From Paludibacteraceae bacterium (GTDB lineage: Bacteria > Bacteroidota > Bacteroidia > Bacteroidales > Paludibacteraceae), in NCBI GenBank assembly GCA_045119955.1, contig JBGVEG010000162.1:17-64016 (forward strand): DNA of 64,000 nucleotides. Direction: 5' to 3'. The notes beneath the pieces were generated by a model. That model did not search any database, was not told the DNA's origin, and saw nothing but the letters and a program-made list of their open reading frames with translations. Both the position numbers and the translations under genes were made by a program. How positions within the stretch are numbered: the stretch's first letter is position 1; every line of letters starts with the position of its first letter. Below, one piece after another: positions 7,832 through 16,783 of this stretch.

Positions 7832-9178
7832 TTAGAATTCAATTTTTGTTGCATTTTTTTCAAAAATTTTATATCCACTCTTTTCACGGTCGCACAAATG
7901 TTGGTAATCAGTCTGCAACATTTCGCCTCCTAACACTTGATGAATACTCTCAGCCATGCGATAGGCGAACAACGAGCGAGAAGTATGTTTTGCCATCAAA
8001 TGGGCCCCGATGCGGATAGTAAACGAGTCGCATTCTGCACTGTCTTGACGCAAGCGATAAGCGATGTTGTTTTCAGAAAATGGGTATCGGTCGGAGTCTT
8101 CACTACTAAAATTGAAATCATAGTCAGCAAACATTGCCACTATACCCTCTTTAAGTGCTTGATACTTTTGGCTATCTACGATAGTGGGCTCTTTGCCATC
8201 GCGCATAGAAGAACTGAAGTGAATATGATTGCCGCCCTTATTGATATTCGTGACTTGGTGTAACAGGTATATATTCCAATGTCCTTCGCCTTGGCTCAGC
8301 AGCTTGAGATCGCGATAGAAATCTTGCTGTTGTTTATCATCGGTATTGTCCTTCATGTTGTAGTAGGAGGAGTTGTCTGTATCGCTTTCTATGCTTCGGC
8401 AAATGAAGTTGAATCCTCCAAACTGCGCGAGATAGTAGCCAAACCATTCGGTGGCTAATTCCACATGAGCAGAGGTCACAACAATGGTCACTTGACTTCC
8501 ACGATCTATGCAGCAACCATAGGAAGTATTGAGGCATCTATTCAGCACTACTAATCGGTCCACAGGATTTTCTGCTTCGGTTTGGATGGATGCCATATTG
8601 GCTAAGCAAAACTCAGGAAACATTTCGCACGCCTCCAATATATCTTTGGTATCCAAATGATACTTCACTTGCAATTCCGCAATAGGTTCGCATAGAGGTG
8701 CCATGTAGAAGTTGCCCTCTAATCCTTTCTCACGACGATAATCATTTACTCGGCGAGCCAAAGTAGGAGAGAACGATTTTTGCAAACGCGTGCGAAACTT
8801 ATGGAGTTCCTCTTGATGTTTGTCTTGCTCCATCGCTTCGCTAAAACCATTGGAGATTAAGCCCGTAGGAACAGCAAAGAGCGCAATCTTAAGCAAACAA
8901 AGTATCGCCCAAAGCACCTTACCAATGGCCGTAACTGGACTATGGACAATTACTGTTTCGGGCGGATTCTCCAAATATACCGTGAACGACCAAATAATAT
9001 TATCCCCCAAACTGGAATATACATCAGGCTGCGCAAGATGTTCTATCCAATAGAGAAGAGGCGAAATGATTAGGGTTAATGCGCAAATCACAATCATAGA
9101 AATAATTAGTTCGCGCTTGCAGAGATTGAGTCCTTTAAAGAAGAATCGAAATCCTTTGAGATAATTGTAATGTTTCAT
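7832..9178 (-). CDS. 2-TM potassium-channel-like (Ion_trans_2-like) membrane protein with a degenerate selectivity filter and a ~300-aa cytoplasmic domain (448 aa)
   Basis: TM1 is ELIISMIVICALTLIISPLLYWI. The pore-helix-like segment is DNIIWSFTVYL. ENPPETV sits where TVGYGD is expected. TM2 is TAIGKVLWAILCLLKIALFAVPTGLISNGF. A long soluble C-terminal region follows, with no motif I recognise. Confidence 0.55.
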   Translation of the reverse strand: MKHYNYLKGFRFFFKGLNLCKRELIISMIVICALTLIISPLLYWIEHLAQPDVYSSLGDNIIWSFTVYLENPPETVIVHSPVTAIGKVLWAILCLLKIALFAVPTGLISNGFSEAMEQDKHQEELHKFRTRLQKSFSPTLARRVNDYRREKGLEGNFYMAPLCEPIAELQVKYHLDTKDILEACEMFPEFCLANMASIQTEAENPVDRLVVLNRCLNTSYGCCIDRGSQVTIVVTSAHVELATEWFGYYLAQFGGFNFICRSIESDTDNSSYYNMKDNTDDKQQQDFYRDLKLLSQGEGHWNIYLLHQVTNINKGGNHIHFSSSMRDGKEPTIVDSQKYQALKEGIVAMFADYDFNFSSEDSDRYPFSENNIAYRLRQDSAECDSFTIRIGAHLMAKHTSRSLFAYRMAESIHQVLGGEMLQTDYQHLCDREKSGYKIFEKNATKIEF

Positions 9179-9435
9179 GTATCAATTTCGTTTTTTTAGT
9201 TGTCGTAGGAGTATGCACAAAAAAGTACTACTCTTACGTATTTGTAGCGAGGTTCTAGCAAAACCTTCAACGAGGATACGCAAAAGTAGCACGATATACG
9301 CGCTGACCCTGCCACTTTCCTCGTTTGTGTAATAAAACTGCTAGATTTCGCTACAAAAACTGGTGTGTCAGTATAATTCTATGTCCCGAATGCCGATTGT
9401 GGAGGCATTCGCAATTATCCGCTGATAATCGGTTG

Positions 9436-9443
9436 CAAAGGTA
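9436..9443 (-). promoter_or_regulatory. -7 promoter box TACCTTTG (Bacteroidota TAnnTTTG type)
   Basis: CAAAGGTA on the plus strand, ~255 nt upstream of the 7832-9178 gene start. Confidence 0.5.
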
Positions 9444-9549
9444 CAACATTTTTTGCATATATGCAACGAAAATGCAAAAAAATGCACTTTTTTATTGCAA
9501 CGAGCACACAAACTCACGCGCATATCGCGCTACTCAGGCGTTTCGGGTG

Positions 9550-9557
9550 CAAAGGTA
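9550..9557 (-). promoter_or_regulatory. Second -7-like box TACCTTTG
   Basis: CAAAGGTA on the plus strand, just downstream of the kinase stop and in tandem with the box at 9436. Confidence 0.4.
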
Positions 9558-9610
9558 GTGCATTTTGCAGATATACAAAAGGGCTTTTTTAGGCTTGTTA
9601 GAAAAGTACT

Positions 9611-10804
9611 TTAACGATGGCGCTGGAGCAGCAGATCCAATGCCTCTTGTGCGGCGGTGTCGGCTGGAGAAAAAAAGATAGAAGGATATTCAGGATGTAT
9701 ATGAGAGAGTTGATAGGCGAGATGGGGATAATAAGATAGATAATCCTCTTCTATCAATTGTCGATTTTCGGTATAGTGAAGCAAGTATTGGCGAAATAAA
9801 GTATTAATATCATTGGCAAATGCTCCCAAATAAGTAGTTGTAAATTCTTGATAGTGATATGGAATATTCATAAGGCTATCGCGATACGCACAGAATACAC
9901 TATCATAACTCTCATGAATAGGCGCAAGAATCGCTTCCTCATACGCCTGCTGTTGTGCCTGAGTAGCCATGTCCAATCGTTGCTGCACAGTAGGTACACA
10001 AAGCAACGAAATTGCCATTAGCAAAGTACAGATAATCAAAACGATAGGATATGATTTTGCACGGTGAATGGCACGGCGAAGTTGCAAGATATTTGCGTAG
10101 CGATGTGCTGCGTTCGCCTGGGTACATCGGCGCACTACGCAGCGGAAACGATGTGGAAAAAGCAACTGTATAATCTTGCCCAAAGCATAGATGTCCGTTC
10201 TGCAATCACTCTGCCCATTTTCAGTGAGCTGTTCGGGTGCAGCAAAAGTAGGCGTACAACCGATATTCCTTGCCAGATAAGCATCATTGTCCGACAGACC
10301 AAAATCAATCAGTTTGACATGGTTGCCATTGCGCGTGATCAATATATTATCAGGCTTGAGATCGCCATGCGTAATCTGTTTGGCGTGGATATAGTCTAAC
10401 GCCTCAATCAGTTCTAAAAGTACCCGTTGGCGTTCTGCGGATGAAGGACGTGTTTTTAACCATTCGGTGAGAGTCACTGCGTCCACATACTCCATAATGA
10501 TGGATAATCCAAACGGATCCACTTCGGTCAACCACCATAGGCGAACAATGAAAGGAGAATCCAATTGTTGCAACAATTCATATTCTCGTTGCAACAGAGC
10601 CTGATAACGTGATTTCTCGCCTATGGCAGGATGGATTGTTTTTAGTACAAACCATCTACCATCTTGCTGAAAACGAAAGACTTGGCTGTGGTGTGACTCG
10701 GACAATAATTCGTAATGTTCTGGCGAGTTGGGCACGGCTGAAGTCCATGAAGGATTGGCTATTAATTCGGAAGAAATCATCGTTTTTTGGGTTTGAGTTT
10801 GCAA
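9611..10804 (-). CDS. Hanks-type Ser/Thr protein kinase with a TM anchor and an extracytoplasmic tail (397 aa)
   Basis: VLK lysine, HGDLKPDNILI catalytic loop, DFGLS, FAAPE, and TM segment IVLIICTLLMAISLLCV. The true start may be Met9 (10780), because a TACTTTTG box lies at 10802-10809. Confidence 0.85.
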   Translation of the reverse strand: MQTQTQKTMISSELIANPSWTSAVPNSPEHYELLSESHHSQVFRFQQDGRWFVLKTIHPAIGEKSRYQALLQREYELLQQLDSPFIVRLWWLTEVDPFGLSIIMEYVDAVTLTEWLKTRPSSAERQRVLLELIEALDYIHAKQITHGDLKPDNILITRNGNHVKLIDFGLSDNDAYLARNIGCTPTFAAPEQLTENGQSDCRTDIYALGKIIQLLFPHRFRCVVRRCTQANAAHRYANILQLRRAIHRAKSYPIVLIICTLLMAISLLCVPTVQQRLDMATQAQQQAYEEAILAPIHESYDSVFCAYRDSLMNIPYHYQEFTTTYLGAFANDINTLFRQYLLHYTENRQLIEEDYLSYYPHLAYQLSHIHPEYPSIFFSPADTAAQEALDLLLQRHR

Positions 10805-10809
10805 AAGTA
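10802..10809 (-). promoter_or_regulatory. -7 box TACTTTTG for the kinase gene
   Basis: CAAAAGTA on the plus strand. It overlaps the first annotated codons of the ORF, which favours a start at 10780. Confidence 0.45.
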
Positions 10810-10821
10810 CAAAAAATATCG

Positions 10822-10829
10822 TATCTTTG
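10822..10829 (+). promoter_or_regulatory. -7 box TATCTTTG for the divergent gene 10850-11425
   Basis: Matches TAnnTTTG, 21 nt before the ATG at 10850. Confidence 0.5.
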
Positions 10830-10849
10830 CAAATTATTTGACAAAATTT

Positions 10850-11425
10850 ATGAAAACAAGCGTTAGTTCTCTACACCCTATGCTTCCTCGTTTGCGCGAA
10901 GCGGTTGAGCATCAATTGGGGTATCCTATCAAGAGTCAGCAGAGCGTATATGCACTCTGTGAGGCTCTGCGTGGCCAAATCAATGAAGATACTATTCGCC
11001 GTCTATGGGGACTGCGCAAGGATGGCTATGCCAGTGTACAACGTGCCACATTGGATATCCTGTGTAAGTACATCGGCGCACGCGATTGGGAGGATTTTCT
11101 TGCGCAAGCCATGGCAAATACCGATTGCGAATCAGAATTGGGTGCACAATTGCCACAGATTATTGCCGACCAATTAACTATCGGGCAAGAGGTAGAAATA
11201 ACATGGCTGCCCAATAGGCGATGCCGATTGGTGTTCTTGGGAGAGGCAAAATGGCGCGTGGAGGCGGTGGAAAACTCTAGCACATTGCAGGTGGGAGATA
11301 TGTTTGAGTGCCGCACATTCGTTGTCGGACAAATGGCGTACTTGGATTCGCTTACACGCGATGGAATATGCTTAGGCAGCTATCGCATCGGTATACAAAA
11401 TGGTGTAAGATGTGGTGCATTATAG
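10850..11425 (+). CDS. Hypothetical protein (191 aa)
   Basis: ORF 10787-11425 trimmed to the ATG at 10850 (MKTSVSSLHP...) because of the promoter box at 10822. No recognised motifs. Confidence 0.55.
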   Translation: MKTSVSSLHPMLPRLREAVEHQLGYPIKSQQSVYALCEALRGQINEDTIRRLWGLRKDGYASVQRATLDILCKYIGARDWEDFLAQAMANTDCESELGAQLPQIIADQLTIGQEVEITWLPNRRCRLVFLGEAKWRVEAVENSSTLQVGDMFECRTFVVGQMAYLDSLTRDGICLGSYRIGIQNGVRCGAL

Positions 11426-11477
11426 CATAACAAGGAGTCAACCTTTTTAGGAAACGGGACAACCTTTTAAGGAAAGC

Positions 11478-11614
11478 AATCTTAACAAAACGCACTTTTT
11501 GCAAGTTGGCGGTGTCGGGGAGTTCTCTCGGTGTTCTCAGGGTCGTCTCTCGGTGAAATTACCAATTCGATAGCAAAACGAAAAGAGAAAGAATCTTAAG
11601 AAAACGCACTTTTT
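11478..11614 (+). repeat. ~137-nt dispersed element, copy A
   Basis: AATCTTAACAAAACGCACTTTTT ... GGAGTTCTCTCGGTGTTCTC.GGTCGTC..TCGGTGAAATT ... AATCTTAAGAAAACGCACTTTTT. The same architecture recurs at 53865-54003. Confidence 0.75.
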
Positions 11615-11637
11615 GACAAAAAACAGAACTTTTAAAA

Positions 11638-11666
11638 AGCGCATTACCATCTGAGGATAATGCGCT
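11638..11666. terminator. Bidirectional intrinsic terminator
   Basis: AGCGCATTA / TAATGCGCT 9-bp stem with an 11-nt loop, A-run before and T-run after. It sits between the convergent genes 10850-11425 (+) and kbl (-). Confidence 0.7.
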
Positions 11667-11700
11667 TTTGATGTGTGAACTATGAGTGATTAGATATAAC

Positions 11701-12891
11701 TTACTCAAGGACCTTGAGGGCTTTGCCGACTTTAATGAAGGCCTCTATGCCGCGATCCAATTGTTCCGTCGTATGAGCCGCAGAGAGTTGCACGCGGATA
11801 CGCGCTTGACCTTGTGGCACTACTGGATAGTAGAAACCCGTCACATAAATACCCTCCTCTTGCAATGCCGCAGCGAACTCTTGGCTGAGTCGTGCATCGT
11901 ACAACATCACCGCGCAGATAGCTGACTCGGTTGGCTTAATATCAAAGCCCGCCGCTTTCATCTTGGTAATGAAGTACTCGGTATTGGCGTGCAAACGGTC
12001 TTGCAACTCGTTGCTACGGGTCAAAATTTCAAAGGTCTTCAATCCCGCCGCAGCAATCAGCGGAGGAATAGAGTTAGAGAATAAATATGGACGGCTGCGT
12101 TGGCGAAGCAAGTCAATGATTTCCTTCTTACCTGTGGTAAAGCCACCTACTGAACCACCGAAGGCCTTACCCAATGTACCCGTAATAATCTCAATCTTAC
12201 CGCGGAGGTCGTAGCGTTCGGTCACACCGTGACCCGTCTTACCTACTACACCCGCAGAGTGGCTCTCGTCCACCATCACGAGGGCATCGTATTTCTGTGC
12301 CAGTTCGTAGATCTTATCGAGTGGGCAGACATTGCCGTCCATGGAGAACACACCATCGGTAGCAATAATGCGGAAGCGTTGCGCTTGTGCTTTCTTGAGT
12401 TGCTCCTCGAGGTCCGCCATGTCGCCGTTGGCGTAGCGGTAACGCACTGCCTTACAGAGGCGCACGCCATCAATGATAGAGGCATGGTTCAGTGCATCCG
12501 AAATAATCGCATCTTGGTCGGTCAGGAGGGGCTCAAACAAACCACCGTTGGCATCAAAACAAGCCGCATAGAGGATAGTGTCCTCGGTGCCGAAGAAGTT
12601 GGAAATGGCTTGCTCGAGTTGCTTGTGGGTGTCCTGCGTACCACAAATGAAACGCACGGATGCCATACCATAGCCACGAGCGTCCATGCGGTCTTTGGCT
12701 GCCTGGATGAGTTCTTGGTTGTCAGCCAAACCCAAGTAGTTATTCGCGCAGAAGTTGATGACATCTTTTCCGCCTTCTACTTGGATGGCAGAAGATTGAG
12801 GCGTGATGATTACTCGTTCGTTTTTATACAATCCTGCCTCTTTGATATCAGACAGAATTGTTTGTAAATGTTTCTGAAATTCTCCGTACAT
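11701..12891 (-). CDS. kbl: 2-amino-3-ketobutyrate CoA ligase (glycine C-acetyltransferase)
   Basis: 396 aa, class-II aminotransferase fold, with typical Kbl sequence throughout (NFCANNYLGL, DESHS.G, GTLGKA). Confidence 0.9.
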   Translation of the reverse strand: MYGEFQKHLQTILSDIKEAGLYKNERVIITPQSSAIQVEGGKDVINFCANNYLGLADNQELIQAAKDRMDARGYGMASVRFICGTQDTHKQLEQAISNFFGTEDTILYAACFDANGGLFEPLLTDQDAIISDALNHASIIDGVRLCKAVRYRYANGDMADLEEQLKKAQAQRFRIIATDGVFSMDGNVCPLDKIYELAQKYDALVMVDESHSAGVVGKTGHGVTERYDLRGKIEIITGTLGKAFGGSVGGFTTGKKEIIDLLRQRSRPYLFSNSIPPLIAAAGLKTFEILTRSNELQDRLHANTEYFITKMKAAGFDIKPTESAICAVMLYDARLSQEFAAALQEEGIYVTGFYYPVVPQGQARIRVQLSAAHTTEQLDRGIEAFIKVGKALKVLE

Positions 12892-12911
12892 AAAAAACTT
12901 TGTTTTTGACT

Positions 12912-13038
12912 GCTTCGCGGTTAGAAGTGAGATCGCTTCGCTGTTAGAAGTTAGACCCTGGGAAGTCTATCAGCGCGGAGCGCGGTCTATCAGTATAACG
13001 GTCTAACAATGAAATGATCTAATAGCGTAGCGGTCTTA
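12912..13038. repeat. Low-complexity word repeats (GCTTCGC / GGTTAGA / CGGTCTAAC family)
   Basis: gcttcgcggttagaagtgagatcgcttcgctgttagaagttagacc ... ggtctatcag..gcggtctatcag..cggtctaac..gcgtagcggtctta. Related words occur at 21935-21960 and 44019-44075. Confidence 0.7.
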
Positions 13039-13045
13039 ATTTACA

Positions 13046-14389
13046 TTATACAATACCTTGCTCGAGCATGGCTTGAGCCACCTTCATGAAGCCAGCGATA
13101 TTAGCTCCCTTCACGTAGTCAATAGTGCCATCGGCTAGGCGACCGAACTTCACACATTGCTCGTGAATGGATTGCATAATATGGTGCAAACGTGCATCTA
13201 CCTCTTGTGCGGTCCAAGAGAGGTGCTCGCAGTTTTGTGTCATCTCGAGACCAGATGTCGCCACGCCACCTGCGTTCACCGCCTTACCAGGAGCGAAGAG
13301 TACGCCGTTGTGTTGGAAGTAGTGGATAGCGCCAGGTTGGCAACCCATGTTACTTACCTCGCAGCAGCACCAGCAGCCGTTAGCCTTCAATTCCTTAGCA
13401 TCATCCTCGCTGAGCTCATTTTGGAACGCACATGGGAGAGCAATATCGCAAGGTACAGACCATGCTTTCTTGCCAGCAGTGAAGTGTGCTTGTGCTGGGA
13501 ACTTATCTGCCATATCTTGCACCTTATTGCGGTTGCTTGAGCGCATAACGAGCATATAATCAATCATCTCAGCGGTGATACCCTCTGGGATAGCGCATAC
13601 GCCGTCAGGACCAGAGATAGCCACCACCTTAGCACCAAGTTCAGTAGCTTTTTGCGCAGCGCCCCAAGCTACGTTACCGAAGCCAGAGATAGCTACTGTC
13701 TTGCCCTTGATAGACTTGCCTGCCTCGTGCAGCAGGTGCTCGGTGAAATAAAGTGCACCATAGCCCGTTGCCTCTGGACGGAGGATAGAGCCGCCCCATG
13801 TCATGCCCTTACCAGTGAGCACGCCAGTGTGGTATTGACGAGCCAATTTCTGGTACATACCATTGAGGAAACCAATCTCGCGACCGCCTACGCCTACGTC
13901 ACCAGCAGGAACATCGGTATCCACACCTATGTTGTGCCAAAGCTCAAGCATGAAGGCTTGGCAGAAACGCATGATCTCCGCATCAGACTTACCTACTGGA
14001 TCGAAGTCAGAGCCACCCTTTGCGCCACCCATTGGGAGGGTTGTGAGGGCGTTCTTGAAGGTTTGCTCAAAGCCCAAGAACTTGAGCATACTGGGGTTAA
14101 CTGCTTTATGGAAACGCAATCCGCCTTTGTAAGGGCCGATAGCAGAGTTGAATTGCACACGATAACCGAGGTTGGTCTGTACCTGACCTTGGTCGTCCAC
14201 CCATGTCACACGGAAAGTGAAGATACGATCTGGCTCTACCATACGCTCCACGATCTTGGCTTTCTCAAACTCAGGATGTTGGTTGTACACTTCCTCGATA
14301 GACACAAGGACTTCTTCTACGGCTTGCAAATACTCTGCCTCGCCTGGGTGCTTCGCAGCAAGGTGCTGCATAATGTCGGTTACTTTCAT
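13046..14389 (-). CDS. gdhA: NADP-specific glutamate dehydrogenase
   Basis: 447 aa with the GGAKGGSDFDP active-site region and a GFGNVAWGAA dinucleotide fold. Confidence 0.95.
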   Translation of the reverse strand: MKVTDIMQHLAAKHPGEAEYLQAVEEVLVSIEEVYNQHPEFEKAKIVERMVEPDRIFTFRVTWVDDQGQVQTNLGYRVQFNSAIGPYKGGLRFHKAVNPSMLKFLGFEQTFKNALTTLPMGGAKGGSDFDPVGKSDAEIMRFCQAFMLELWHNIGVDTDVPAGDVGVGGREIGFLNGMYQKLARQYHTGVLTGKGMTWGGSILRPEATGYGALYFTEHLLHEAGKSIKGKTVAISGFGNVAWGAAQKATELGAKVVAISGPDGVCAIPEGITAEMIDYMLVMRSSNRNKVQDMADKFPAQAHFTAGKKAWSVPCDIALPCAFQNELSEDDAKELKANGCWCCCEVSNMGCQPGAIHYFQHNGVLFAPGKAVNAGGVATSGLEMTQNCEHLSWTAQEVDARLHHIMQSIHEQCVKFGRLADGTIDYVKGANIAGFMKVAQAMLEQGIV

Positions 14390-14417
14390 TGTAGTAATAT
14401 TTTTAAGGGTTGTTTTG

Positions 14418-14452
14418 TTATTGGCAATTGGTTATTGGCAATTGGATATTGA
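14418..14452. repeat. Heptanucleotide array (CNATTGG = CCAATNG family)
   Basis: ttattgg caattgg ttattgg caattgg atattga, lying between the gdhA start and its promoter box. Confidence 0.8.
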
Positions 14453-14462
14453 ATATCGGGTG

Positions 14463-14470
14463 CAAAGGTA
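14463..14470 (-). promoter_or_regulatory. -7 box TACCTTTG for gdhA
   Basis: CAAAGGTA on the plus strand, ~75 nt upstream of the gdhA ATG. Confidence 0.6.
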
Positions 14471-16708
14471 CTACTTTTTTCTCAAATACACAAAAAATGT
14501 GGTACCTTTTTCAGATGTTTGGAAACATATTTTTCCACCACTTCCTTCTACGATATTCTTCGAGATCGGCATACCAAGTCCCGCGCCCGTGTTCTTGGTG
14601 GTGAAGTTAGGCACAAACACCTTCTCCTGCATCTCCTCCGGAATACCTGGTCCGTTGTCGGATATGGAAATCTTGACCCAGTCCTTATTAGGATTGAGTT
14701 GTTCGTCCTCAATGGTCTGTTCGTTAGCAGGCTTGAGAATAACAATAATATCACTATCAGGTCGTCCCTCCATGGCTTGCAAAGCATTACGAAGGATATT
14801 GCTAAACACCTGCGTAATCTGATCTGCATCCGCCATAGCCATAACACCACTTTCGGGTCCTACATATCGGATAGGTACTTGGTCGGGGTTATTGCGCATG
14901 AGCGTAATGACCTTGAAGAGTTTGTTCGCCACATCTACCTTCGTCGGATTGACCTCGGGCATCTTAGCAAAAGAGGAGAAAGACTTGGCTATATGGCTAA
15001 GGTTGTCAATTTGGTCTATAAGCAACTGCGTAGAACGATTGAAGTACTCATTAAAACGCTCTGTGCCCTGGGTTCGTTGGAGTTGTTGCAGGGTGAGTTT
15101 CATAGGTGTGAGCGGATTGTTGATCTCATGCGCCACCTGTCGAGCCATGGTGCGCCATGCCATCTCACGCTCCGTGCGCGCCAGCCGCTCAGAGGACTCT
15201 TCAAGTGCATCAACCATCAGGTTGTACTGCGTGATAATCTCGCCGACCTCATCGGAGAAGACATACTCTATATGCTTGGCATCCGCACCTTGTTGGTGCT
15301 GCTTGAGCTGATCACTCACCACGCTTAGGGACGAAGTGATAGCATAGGATATACCCCAGACTATTAGGATAGAGATAAGCAACAGAATGATATACAAAGG
15401 CAGAAGTTTGACCATGAAGTTCTCCACGTGCATATTCATCTCTGTCTGCGAAATGAAACTGGGCAAAGCAATGTACCCTATCTTAGCATAGTTACCATTA
15501 ATAAACTCGGTGTAAGCGGAGAGATAGCGCACATTACCGATCTGCTCATATTGTACGAGCGAGTGTTCATCCGTAAAGAATGGTTCTGGTGCCAAGTGGC
15601 TAGGCAGCAAGCCCAAGTCAAACAACTGCGGCGTGGACGTACCAATAAGGCGACCATTGAGGTCATAGACGTGTATATCGGTCTCAAAAACGAAACTCAT
15701 GTCGCGCAAGTCCACATTGAGCGCAAGCGTATTGGAAGGCGATATAGACATATCCCAGAAATACATATTCTGGAGTGCCATCTGGACATATTTGGCTTTC
15801 TTGGAAAGGCGCAACTGCTGCGTCTCAATGAACAGTCGGCCGATATGCTCAATAGAAACCATGAAAATAGAGAGCAAGATCACCAACACCAATGGCGTCA
15901 AGACCAACTGGAACTTACCACTCAAACGCATACGGCGGAAACCACGATATTTCACCAGAGTAAAAATCGCGATAAAGAGCAAAATACCAATCATCGTTCC
16001 CGTAATGATATAGTACATGCGCAGTTTGGCTTTGGCGGAAGCACCGCCTTGTTGATCCGTATTCAGAATAGCTTGATAGGAGAAGTTATCAATATTCTCT
16101 GCTGTTTGTACGGAGCGTTTTTCTCCTATTTGGTTAGTAATCGAGAATAGATATAATCCGTCGGTGGAGTAGATTGGGTAGCTGTCCTCCTGCGCCTGCA
16201 ATGAGGTCAGTGTACAATATTCATCACCTCGAAACGGAGGTATAAAACGATTGTGCAAGAGAGGAGAGGTCACCGAGTAGTTATACTTAATGGGTATAGC
16301 TACAAGCACCTTATAGTCGCCTATCTGCTTGCGACAGCAGACACCCTGCGCATTGTCCCATTGCACAAAGTGCCACTGGTCATGGAGTTCCCATCTCGCT
16401 CGTTTGGAAGCGCTGAGCCAAGCATTGGACCAATAGACCAACTGGGAGTCCTTATATATATAAAATAGGATAGTCTTGTCGGCTTGGGTATAGTACCAAA
16501 TAGAATCGAAATTGTTCGTCTCAATGGCAGCCGAGACATGTGCCAACAACTCATTGGCACGGTGCTGCTGGTGGTGCAAAGTACGCTGCAAGCGCTTACC
16601 TCTCCATGTGGAAGATTGGCATGAACAAATGCCCAGCAACAAACCAAACAGGATAAATAATATACCTATTTTTCGTTTCACGCTGCAAAAATAATACTTT
16701 TTTTGCAT
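14471..16708 (-). CDS. Membrane sensor histidine kinase (745 aa), no adjacent response regulator
   Basis: N-terminal signal/TM segment, further TM segments, H-box HEINNPLTPM, N-box and G-boxes (DNGPGIP, GAGLGM). Confidence 0.85.
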   Translation of the reverse strand: MQKKYYFCSVKRKIGILFILFGLLLGICSCQSSTWRGKRLQRTLHHQQHRANELLAHVSAAIETNNFDSIWYYTQADKTILFYIYKDSQLVYWSNAWLSASKRARWELHDQWHFVQWDNAQGVCCRKQIGDYKVLVAIPIKYNYSVTSPLLHNRFIPPFRGDEYCTLTSLQAQEDSYPIYSTDGLYLFSITNQIGEKRSVQTAENIDNFSYQAILNTDQQGGASAKAKLRMYYIITGTMIGILLFIAIFTLVKYRGFRRMRLSGKFQLVLTPLVLVILLSIFMVSIEHIGRLFIETQQLRLSKKAKYVQMALQNMYFWDMSISPSNTLALNVDLRDMSFVFETDIHVYDLNGRLIGTSTPQLFDLGLLPSHLAPEPFFTDEHSLVQYEQIGNVRYLSAYTEFINGNYAKIGYIALPSFISQTEMNMHVENFMVKLLPLYIILLLISILIVWGISYAITSSLSVVSDQLKQHQQGADAKHIEYVFSDEVGEIITQYNLMVDALEESSERLARTEREMAWRTMARQVAHEINNPLTPMKLTLQQLQRTQGTERFNEYFNRSTQLLIDQIDNLSHIAKSFSSFAKMPEVNPTKVDVANKLFKVITLMRNNPDQVPIRYVGPESGVMAMADADQITQVFSNILRNALQAMEGRPDSDIIVILKPANEQTIEDEQLNPNKDWVKISISDNGPGIPEEMQEKVFVPNFTTKNTGAGLGMPISKNIVEGSGGKICFQTSEKGTTFFVYLRKK

Positions 16709-16725
16709 ATTTGCAAATTTTTTAG

Positions 16726-16733
16726 TACTTTTG
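16726..16733 (+). promoter_or_regulatory. -7 box TACTTTTG for 16784-17515
   Basis: TAnnTTTG match ~50 nt upstream of the ATG. Confidence 0.45.
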
Positions 16734-16783
16734 CGCTCGATTTTAGGTTATCATTGATAGATTAAAGGTAAAAGACAAAGATT

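Noticed and set aside
9325-9558. A 77-aa ORF, plus the 62-aa ORF at 10656-10844, both containing LQRY[ND]IFC
   Set aside because: The shared peptide is the translation of the promoter consensus TTGCAAAGGTAC... in intergenic DNA, so it is not evidence of a gene.
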